Source: Amphiscolops sp. MND2022 (lineage: Eukaryota). Taken from it: a stretch of 64,000 nt of DNA. Under the pieces are notes generated by a model, which searched no databases, was not told the origin of the DNA, and saw only the letters and a list, made by a program, of their open reading frames with translations. The stretch is from positions 49,476,001-49,540,000 of the forward strand of contig OZ076415.1 in NCBI GenBank assembly GCA_964187785.1. The letters run 5' to 3'. Made by a program: the position numbers and the translations under genes. This document shows positions 1 through 8,195 of the stretch, one piece after another. Positions within the stretch are counted from its first letter, which is position 1. Every line of letters begins with the position of its first letter.

Positions 1-1
1 T

Positions 2-853
2 CCAAAAAACCCCAATACTGGTGCAATACAGAATTTCTCCAGTTGGGACGAAGAAGCAATCTTGAGGACGCTAACCAATTCCACACAGCGCTTGGGGGGA
101 GGAAGGAAAGGCTCCACGCTAGAAAAGCTGCAGTACCGAACTACTACGGACTCGTCGAGAGTGTATAATCCGCGATCGGAACCGCAAGCCAACATCGCGA
201 TGATCCTAGCCAAGACTACTTGTTGGACAGAACCCCCGAATGTGGATCAAACAATCTACCAACAATACCAGATATGGAACGCCGTTGTGCCGAATTTTGC
301 CAAAGAGCCAAACAGAAAGATACTGCCCAGCAGAAATGCCGAAAAATCCAAAGATGGCAATTGAAATATTCCTGGATTTGATAGCCCTGCAAATGCAGGA
401 AGGAAACTCTGTTTACGAGAGCTATCTGACCGTCATCAAGAAGTACAAGGAGGCATTCGAGAAGCACGGACACCAACAGTTTGCTGACAAGCTGCCAGAA
501 CTACGCCCGGTGGGCTCTACCACGGAAAGACACAGATGACTGCCAGCGGCAGTTCAACTTCCATAATTTCAAGCCTGAGCCAAGCCAGCTTCTCGCACGC
601 CCTAGCAGCCGCAGAAACAGAGGAATCGACCAACAACAGTCCTATCGCTCCCCCTAGCGATATGGCGACGCCACAAGGAGATTCAAGTAACGTATCCCTA
701 TCACAGACAGAAGCTGCTGATATTGAGTTTGAGCTAAAGGAGTTCTCCAGTCCTGGTCAACAAGAATGGCCACTAGCTGACGTACTAGTAGAGACACTGG
801 GAGAAGCTCTACAAGACCACGCTACAGCTGCTGACAAAACGAACAATGAGTAG
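2..853 (+). pseudogene. Unidentified frameshifted coding-like segment entering from the left edge (probably TE or virus derived)
   Basis: Frame 2 is open from base 2 to 364. It overlaps ORF 240-539 in another frame, followed by ORF 536-853. GC is higher than in flanking intronic DNA. No recognisable domain. Confidence 0.3.
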
Positions 854-1533
854 TGAAGAAGACTGGAATTGATCTCTAGCAATCAAACTAAACTTACCAA
901 CAAAACTATCGTTGAAAACACATTTACCTAAGTGCAATAGTTGAAGTACTTTGTACAATTTTATTTCAATCAAACTATTACCACCGGAATTAGTATAACT
1001 ACCTGGTAGGTAGGTTCCACCTTTGTACCTGCCTGCTTGCAAAAAAAGTGCAATTCAAACCTTGCATTAAAACTGTTCTTAATTTTACTAGTTGAGTGTC
1101 GTTGTAGTGAAACTTTCTTCTAAAAGAAGTTTCAACCAGACTGAAACAAAATGGAAAGAATTTATAGCGAAATTGGTTTTTATCCTTTGAAATGGCGAAC
1201 AAGTGCTAAATCCAAAAGATCCAGAAGTGCTAATGTTGTAAAACTCCACCAAAATTATGAAGCTTTTGTACAGTAAGGTCTAAGAAAAATTGAAATGATG
1301 TTGCTGAGACCCACTGCGTGTGTAGTTTTGCGTTCCCTCTCGTTTGCCGAGGACGTCAAACTACGGTCCGGGAGGATTTATCACCCAAAAATTCGACAGT
1401 CAACGCCCAAAAATTCGGTGAAGAACCAGAAAAAGTGCGAGTCAAGGTGGCCGACCTGGCAGGTCGTTGAAATTGAAAAGGAAGACTCAGAGAGGGAAAA
1501 GAACCCCCACCACTCCCAAATCTACACCCGGAT

Positions 1534-1879
1534 GGGTGGGCGGGAGGTCGAAGGAACGGGATCGAAAATCAGAGTTAGTCCCCAGGTCGACTTACCAAAT
1601 TTTTGAATGGGATCGAAACAACTCGGATCGAAGTTTTTATAACGTAGTCAGATATGTTCACATACCCCTAGTGCCCTGAATGCAGGAGCGAAGCAAAGCG
1701 GAGCGACGTGCCTTATGGCCATGCTTCAATGTTGCTACTTGGCCAAGGGAGCGAAGCAACCGAGCTATACAACAAATACGATAAAATTCGACAGCATTAT
1801 ATTCGATCCCTGCAATTCGATCAAAAGGTTCGACCTCTGTCCTTTCGACCAGAAAAATTCGACCTATTTACAGCCACCC
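1534..1879. mobile_element. MITE with 9-bp TSD (Mutator/Merlin-like), copy 1
   Basis: Imperfect TIRs GGGTGGGCGG...GGTCGAA / TTCGACCTATTTACAGCCACCC. Flanks CACCCGGAT (1525-1533) and CACCCGGAA (1880-1888). Eleven subterminal TCGA motifs. Confidence 0.85.
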
Positions 1880-2042
1880 CACCCGGAACACCGAAAAACT
1901 CGTGTGATCAGACACCCGAGGATATCCAGAAGCTGAGACGAGACAAAATCCCAGTGGAATGCTATCTGACACAAAAATAGAACAGAAGAATGAAGAAAGT
2001 ACAATTTTGGTATGAATTGTACCCAAGACTCAACTCGCTGAG

Positions 2043-2391
2043 GGGTGGCTGTAAATAGGTCGAATTTTTCTGGTCGAAAGGACAGAGGTCGAACTTTTTG
2101 ATCGAATTGCAGGGATCGAATGGAATGCTGTCGAATTTTATCGTATTTGTTGTATGGCTCGGTCGCTTCGCTCCCTTCGCCAAGTAGCAACCTTGAGGCA
2201 TGGCCATATGGCACGTCGCTCCGCTTCGTTTCGCTCCTGCATTCAGGGCACTAGGGGTATGTGAACATATCTGACTACGTTATAAAAGTTTCGATCCGAG
2301 TTGTTTCGATCCCATTCAAAAATTTGGTATGTCGACCTGAGGACTAACTCTGATTTTCGATCCCGTTCCTTCGACCTATTTCCGCCCACCC
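2043..2391. mobile_element. MITE with 9-bp TSD, copy 2 (inverted relative to copy 1)
   Basis: Near-identical reverse complement of 1534-1879. Perfect TSD CTCGCTGAG at 2034-2042 and 2392-2400. Confidence 0.9.
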
Positions 2392-3719
2392 CTCGCTGAG
2401 AACTGTTTAGAATGTCTTTTCAGTGCTGTTCTGTATTGTTCTTGCAGATTTTCAGGTGCTTGTTAATGTCTGACCTTGCAGTTCTCGATTTTAGACGTTA
2501 TTCATCTAATTGAAATGTGCTTTAGCTAAACCCCTGTTTTTGGACCTCGGAGGTATGTAGGACCGCAGAAACCTTTAGGAATCTTTTTACGTGCTTGTGG
2601 GACGTGTCCGGACTCTGAGTGTGCCGCCAATTCGCCACGGAGCTCTATTATGAGGAGTCTCCTGAGACAAGTGGGAAGTCCCTATTGACACCTTCTCGGG
2701 ACCAAAAGCTAATGTTTAAGTTGTTGTAAGACACTGGTCTCTTGATGTAGCAATCTAGGCATTGTCCCGCTCTTAGAATGTAAATGTTAGCTTGACGTTA
2801 CATTAGGTAAAAGTAGTGAAATCTTCATAACGCGCCTTGTGAAAACATTCATAACGCGCACGCGCCCCTTCGCACGATGATCAGCGAGCCGCTCGCTTTT
2901 CAAAGCAACGTATCAATATAGCTACAAATTGGCAATTCAGCATGTGTTCTAGAAACAGTGAGCGCCAGTGATGCTTTTGAAGATTTTTAATACATATAGT
3001 ACTGTTTGTTGGGACTGTCTTCCATCTTTGCAACTTGAAAATCAACGTGGGTTGACTTTCGTTCTGATTCTTTCGGTCTACTGGGATAGCGGCTGGCATA
3101 AGTAGTAGTTGTTGTTGTTGTACTAGTAGTAAGAGTAGTGCTTTAATGACGACGGTCTATGTCATCTGAGAGATGTGTAAAGAAAGTACCCCTGAGACTT
3201 GCATCTCCCAAATATTCGTAGGCACGAGTATGTTTCCTGTACCGCATGTAGTGTTGGAAGTTCTTCGACAGTCTGAAGCATCGTGGAACGTTACCACTGT
3301 TCACATTCTGAGAACTACTGTTCACCTACTGATTTCGAGATATGCCGAAGTCGAGAGCTTAGTAAAAGTCTCCGTAACGATAGGAAAAACAAATTGTCAA
3401 GGTTAACATTAAATCTTTATTTCCATCTCATTTTATCTTTTTCCTCTTTTTTTATATGGACCGTGCGCCTCGAAACCAGAAAGGTAATGGTCTACGTATG
3501 TATGGCCCAGGTTACAGAGGGGGCTTGTCAAAATGGTGTGGAAGGTGTCGAAACGCTGCAAGCTGCAGAGCCTCCTTGCAGTGTCAGTAACGGTCCCATG
3601 AAAATAAATGTGAAAACATCGGCAAGCGGAGGACTAATTTATAAAACAAAACACCAAATCGCAAAGAATATGCTCGTCTATACAACAGCATCTCACAAAT
3701 TAATTTGCTCGTTACAGAA

Positions 3720-6700
3720 TTACTGAGAGCTTGAGAGCCTCCCCTCTTCGACGATCGCGCTCATAGAGGACTCGGTCTGAATGACCGTACGTTTAAGAGA
3801 TCTACATCCTCTAATACACAAAATTGAACTCTTCAAAAGTGCAAAACTAACCTTCGTTCTGATAAAACCTGCGACATCGGCGTAAGGCTCAGTAGTTTTG
3901 TCGCTGAGCTTGACCGCGAGCCTTGTGATGACTTTCGACGCAGACGGTCCGGCTCCTCCTGTAGTCGCAAACACGAGTGGGCTGAAAGAGCTATTTTCGA
4001 CATCTATGATACGTTGCTCGTATTTGCGTTTCTTTGAAACTTCGTGGTGTTTGTATGCTTCTTGAATTTGTTTCGGACAGGAGTTAGCGAATGGGTTGAA
4101 GATTTTAACATCGAAAAAGGTTCGGCAGAATCTTGAATCGAAAAGTCCGTTTGCTTTGATGTCTAATCTAGCTTCATCTTCAGTGCTCGTTGATTTATTA
4201 TCGAAGGTCTCGCCTTCTAACGGCTGAAGTTTCGGTTCGATTTCAACATCGTTGCAGACGTCTCCTAAGAACTTAGCGAATGTGTCGCGAATTTCATTGT
4301 GCCGCAGATGGGTGTATCCGCCTTTTGCACAGTGTAAAGCGTGAGACATTTCAAAAGGTTCACCGCATGCACACGAAATAGGGAGATTTTTAGGTTCCCA
4401 TCCATATCGGAGAGCTAAGCCGTCTCTGAATTCCGATTTGGTTAGGGCGAAACCATATTTCTGCAGAGGAAGCGCGTTCAACCAGCCAGAGGCTCCTTTT
4501 TCGGAGGACAGCTTCATGGCATAAAGTTCGCCCTCGGTTAGGACTTCTTCTAGTTTTTCAATTTTCGTGTTGTTGTTTTGTAATTTCTGTTTCTTGAATT
4601 CGCGGAGGATTTTGTACTGTGAATTTTCCGCGGCGAGGGGTTCCATTTCGTTCAGGCATTCACTCAAAGCGACCGATCGTGAATAGTCCCCGGCGCGGTC
4701 ATCGGGTGAGAGAATGTTGAGACCGCCATTTTTTAAAGGGAGTGAGAAGAGCAAACGCTGCTCTTCTGTGTGGGTGGTCTTTCCAGTGAGCGCGGGCAGC
4801 AGTTTTTCCGAGATCGTCTTTTCTGTTTCTTGTAGGAAAGGCTCCATGTCGGGTGTGGCTCGGGACAGAAACGAGAGTTTAGTCTGTATACCTTGTGTGA
4901 AGGCGTGATATACGTTTTGCGGCGATTTTCGGGCGTGGATGGAAAGTTTTTCGACTTGATGCTGGTATTCAGTGGTGACTTTTTCTCTGAATTCGTCGCA
5001 CGCTGCTTTGGAACCTATCGTCGAACCTAACACTCGGTGTCCGGGAACAATCTCTATGTCGATCGAGTCGAACGACTTCTTGGCTTTTTCTAGAGAACTT
5101 TCTTTGACGATAAGGTTGCATTTCGTTAGCTTATAGCCGAATGCTGGGCCATGTTTTTGTAACTTCTGATGCAAAGCGACGAGTGATTTCAGTGATCCTA
5201 CAGCGTTTCCGTCGTCGGCGTACCACTTTTGGGTGACCATGTCATCTTTTACCAAATTGATGAGTGGTAGCAGCGCAACTCCGTACATCGCCATTGCGAG
5301 TGGGTCGCCTTGTGTTGTTCCTTCCTGTGATAGTATCGTTTTGCCGTTTACAAACAAGAGAAAAGGTGATTCGTAGGAGTTTCTAAGCGCGTTAATGAGA
5401 GACGAACAAATCATTTCAATGTTTTTCAGCGCTAGTTTACGATTTAGACTGTTGAAGGCATTTTCTGCGTCGATTAGAAGCATCGCTTCGGCTTGCGGAG
5501 TCTCGAACTCATGTCGTAGTGCGTGAATGGCATGCTCGATGCCACATTTCTGTCCGAGACAAAGCTGGTCTGATTGACCTAGTAGTTTCAAGTCATTCGA
5601 CAAGCATTTCAGAATGCTCCTGCCGATGATTCGCCTGAGCACTTCGCCAACACCGATTGGTCTGACACCAGGATTCTTGTCGAGGGGTGTTAAACGGCAG
5701 GCGTTGTATGCAGCCATTTCATCTGTCTCGAAGTAACTTGTGGCTATCAGAGAAGCAAGTTTGGCCAGTGTCTTACAGAGATCAGCGGAAGACTGTCCGA
5801 AGTTTGAGATAATCCGGCGCCATTCATTAGCGTCTAGTCCGGATGGGCCGTGGCTTCCGCGTGTCTTCATGGCACACTTCTTGATAGAAGAAGCGTTCAG
5901 TTTATCAAAGATACTGGAGTGATAGGGGAGAGTGTTTTCGTATTGATTGGACGCTATGTAATTCTCCGAGAGTTCAGACGGTTTTGGGTGTTTGTCGAGT
6001 AGTATCTGATAAACGCTTTTTCCTTTAGTAAGATCATTCAAGGCTAATACTTGTCCCTTCTGTGTTTCGTCCAGACATCGCAGGGCGTTTGAGATTTTAC
6101 CGGATGTCATATGTTGATCGAATTCCTTGAAGGTGTCATGTTTATGTTTTGTCATTGTTTTCTTCTGGCGTAGTTGTAGAGCCTTGGCTTCATTGAAGAG
6201 AATTTCAAAATGACCATTCAACCATTGGTCCATTCGCCGGCTCAAAGTTTTGCCAATCGATCCGTCGTTTGTGTCTTTTGTTCGAGCTAGCAGTAGGTGT
6301 GGCATTACCATGGCGGTTTTCATGGCGTAGGTTGAGTGTTGGCCTCTATCCACAAGTTCCGTAAAAATGACATTCAGGGTTTGGACGAAATCATGGCCAG
6401 CCTTGTTTTTACGTAGGCTCAGAAATTTTGGTTCCCAATGAACAATTTCTTCATAGTATAATGCAAGTAGAGCAGCTTTTTCATCTGTAATGGTGGACCA
6501 GAAACTTTGGGCGTCTCGGTGTGTGATCGGCGGCTCTTCGGGTGTCTGCTTCGCTGCGGTGTTTTCTGAAGCTGATATACAGTGGGTACAGACAAACCCG
6601 TCGGTATAGTCTTTTTTCGACGGTAAACCACTGCATTTGACATGAATGTATCCGCACGCTCCGCACCAGATTCCTCCACCACGGAGATGCCCTTGGTATA

Positions 6701-6725
6701 TACTGCAGTGCGTTTGATCTGACAT
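3720..6725 (-). CDS. ORF2, 1001 aa: PHD-like finger + reverse transcriptase + CxC-H-C zinc knuckle + restriction-like endonuclease
   Basis: RT motifs RPIGVGEVLRRII, LLIDAENAFNSLNR, TTQGDPLAM, YADDG. Knuckle CACGEPFEMSHALHC, then RHNEIRD. RLE motif RLDIKANG...FFDVKIFNP. N-terminal CSIY..WCGAC.YIHVKC..CTHC. No APE domain. Confidence 0.95.
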   Translation of the reverse strand: MSDQTHCSIYQGHLRGGGIWCGACGYIHVKCSGLPSKKDYTDGFVCTHCISASENTAAKQTPEEPPITHRDAQSFWSTITDEKAALLALYYEEIVHWEPKFLSLRKNKAGHDFVQTLNVIFTELVDRGQHSTYAMKTAMVMPHLLLARTKDTNDGSIGKTLSRRMDQWLNGHFEILFNEAKALQLRQKKTMTKHKHDTFKEFDQHMTSGKISNALRCLDETQKGQVLALNDLTKGKSVYQILLDKHPKPSELSENYIASNQYENTLPYHSSIFDKLNASSIKKCAMKTRGSHGPSGLDANEWRRIISNFGQSSADLCKTLAKLASLIATSYFETDEMAAYNACRLTPLDKNPGVRPIGVGEVLRRIIGRSILKCLSNDLKLLGQSDQLCLGQKCGIEHAIHALRHEFETPQAEAMLLIDAENAFNSLNRKLALKNIEMICSSLINALRNSYESPFLLFVNGKTILSQEGTTQGDPLAMAMYGVALLPLINLVKDDMVTQKWYADDGNAVGSLKSLVALHQKLQKHGPAFGYKLTKCNLIVKESSLEKAKKSFDSIDIEIVPGHRVLGSTIGSKAACDEFREKVTTEYQHQVEKLSIHARKSPQNVYHAFTQGIQTKLSFLSRATPDMEPFLQETEKTISEKLLPALTGKTTHTEEQRLLFSLPLKNGGLNILSPDDRAGDYSRSVALSECLNEMEPLAAENSQYKILREFKKQKLQNNNTKIEKLEEVLTEGELYAMKLSSEKGASGWLNALPLQKYGFALTKSEFRDGLALRYGWEPKNLPISCACGEPFEMSHALHCAKGGYTHLRHNEIRDTFAKFLGDVCNDVEIEPKLQPLEGETFDNKSTSTEDEARLDIKANGLFDSRFCRTFFDVKIFNPFANSCPKQIQEAYKHHEVSKKRKYEQRIIDVENSSFSPLVFATTGGAGPSASKVITRLAVKLSDKTTEPYADVAGFIRTKVSFALLKSSILCIRGCRSLKRTVIQTESSMSAIVEEGRLSSSQ

Positions 6726-6761
6726 TTAGGCAATAGGGGAGGCTCTAAGAAATCAGCAAAT

Positions 6762-7331
6762 CTATGGAAAAGTGCAGTACATATAAGCTTTCAAGATCTG
6801 GGTGAAAATAAAATTGCCAAACCGCGAGAAATGAATTCTATCACGGCTGAAAACATTGACATCAAAATCACGATTGAAATTGGGGGAGATGATTCTTATA
6901 TTTAATGAATTAAAAAAATTGTAGAGCGCGAAATTGAGCTGATATAATTTTTTATTAACAAAAATATTATTGGAGGTTGCGATGGTTTTTGGGATTATAA
7001 GAACAGTGGGGTTGAATTTAATACAGATAAGGTGGACGAGGAGCTTCCAATTGTCGATGAAATTGACAGCGGAATCACGATGATCGTTGAAACCAGCGAT
7101 GACCACTACTCGATTCAGCTGCTGTTGAGGGTACTGAGCGACGAGGTTGCACAGTTCGGGAAGGGTTGCGCCTCTGTATGAATGAATGGCGGCTCCAACT
7201 TGACTGCTTCGAATGTACTTCGTGCGTGAGGTTCCGATGACAAGATTCGAGGTTCTGGGGTTCAGGTACCGTGCACTGAAGCGGGACATTCTGAAACAAC
7301 ACGGAGCAAGCGAAGGAAGACAAACATTCAT
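6762..7331 (-). CDS. ORF1, 189 aa: SGNH/GDSL esterase-like protein
   Basis: All four SGNH blocks in order: LVIGTS (Ser), YRGAT (Gly), IAGFND (Asn), SRDRIH (DxxH). Stops 36 nt upstream of the ORF2 ATG and lies inside the TSD-bounded element. Confidence 0.85.
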   Translation of the reverse strand: MNVCLPSLAPCCFRMSRFSARYLNPRTSNLVIGTSRTKYIRSSQVGAAIHSYRGATLPELCNLVAQYPQQQLNRVVVIAGFNDHRDSAVNFIDNWKLLVHLICIKFNPTVLIIPKTIATSNNIFVNKKLYQLNFALYNFFNSLNIRIISPNFNRDFDVNVFSRDRIHFSRFGNFIFTQILKAYMYCTFP

Positions 7332-7624
7332 TTTTCAAAAATAAAAATAAGGGTTAAAAAATTTTTTTCAGAAAAAAATGGTTAAAAACAAGGGGTCAGA
7401 GGATAAAATCGTGATTAAAATAGGATTGGGGAACGATACAACCTGAAAGTTGAATACTTCCACACAGGCTGTTGAGTTGTTCCTCCTTGTGCCTCGATGC
7501 ACCAACTCAAGCTACAGCATAAACATACAATGCCGGCCGCTAAAATCCCTTATGTAGATTAAGGGCTACCCAATCCAGGTTGTCCGGACTTACATACAAG
7601 AATTGAAACAAGGTTAACATTAAA

Positions 7625-7675
7625 TTCATTTAATGACGCGTTTCGGATCACTGATCCTTCATCAGATTATCTGAA
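7625..7675 (-). ncRNA. Type I minimal hammerhead ribozyme (Penelope-like pLTR type)
   Basis: Minus strand reads UUCAGAUAAU-CUGAUGA-A-GGAUC-AGU-GAUCC-GAAA-CGCG-UC/AUUAAAUGAA. The core is intact. Stem II is 5 bp, stem III is the palindrome ACGCGU, and stem I is 4 bp + 2x2 internal loop + 4 bp. Predicted cleavage is between 7635 and 7634. Confidence 0.85.
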
Positions 7676-7699
7676 AAACAAAGTTACATTAAAAAACAT

Positions 7700-7756
7700 A
7701 AACAAATAACGCAATTTATCACAAATATATTTGTAATAAATTGCGTTAGTTTGTTT
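7700..7756. repeat. Near-perfect AT-rich palindrome
   Basis: 7707-7748 TAACGCAATTTATCACAAAT-AT-ATTTGTAATAAATTGCGTTA with one mismatch, extended by AAACAAA/TTTGTTT. Confidence 0.85.
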
Positions 7757-7789
7757 TTTTCTTTTAATTTGTGATTAATCCTCACTTGC

Positions 7790-7916
7790 CTTCCTTCTGT
7801 GTCAATTCTATTTATACTATTTACTTTGTTCTGGAATCAATGATAGAAAGTCATTTGTACTGCCACATCCCGAGGGTTAATGCCCACAGTAGGCAGTAAA
7901 AAATCATCATCATCAT
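7790..7916 (+). mobile_element. Probable 3' end of a LINE/SINE with a (TCA)n tail
   Basis: Stem-loop TACTGCC...GGCAGTA followed by AAAAAATCATCATCATCAT. Confidence 0.45.
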
Positions 7917-8195
7917 AATGGATTTCTTCTTCAACGCGTCATTAAACGAATTTAATGTTAGTCTCCGTCACATCCAAAATCGAATAAAGAGTGAGTGTCT
8001 GGCTGATACAGTTTTTGTTATGGCCTGTGTAAGGAGGGTCCTCCCCGTCTTACTATAGACTGACCTACCCAACGTTTGCTGACCACGATTGTCTATCATC
8101 TCTCTTATATGGAACTTTTTTCCTGAGTTTTTGCTTGCCGATTCTTTATAAGTAGCGGCTTCCGGCAGTTTTGCATGTGGTTTTTCTTTCAGATC

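Larger units (their letters stand above)
3415..7608 (-). mobile_element. Full-length CRE-clade (RLE-type) non-LTR retrotransposon with two ORFs
   Basis: Perfect 17-bp TSD CAAGGTTAACATTAAAT at 3398-3414 and 7609-7625. Contains ORF1 (6762-7331) and ORF2 (3720-6725). The 3' end finishes with AATAAAG directly before the TSD. Confidence 0.9.

Noticed and set aside
1295-1606. LRSGRIY motif as the start of an LTR gag
   Set aside because: No gag, protease, RT or LTR follows, and the motif alone is too short.
1708-2214. Near-identical ORFs MPYGHAS... on opposite strands as duplicated genes
   Set aside because: They are incidental frames within the two MITE copies.
1534-2391. Long inverted repeat as DIRS/Polinton terminal repeats or a single fold-back element
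   Set aside because: Each arm has its own TIRs and its own 9-bp TSD, so these are two MITE copies.
7530-7538. GGCCGGCAU (minus strand), identical to the first 9 nt of the HDV ribozyme
   Set aside because: No complementary P1 strand, L3 motif or P1.1 could be found downstream.
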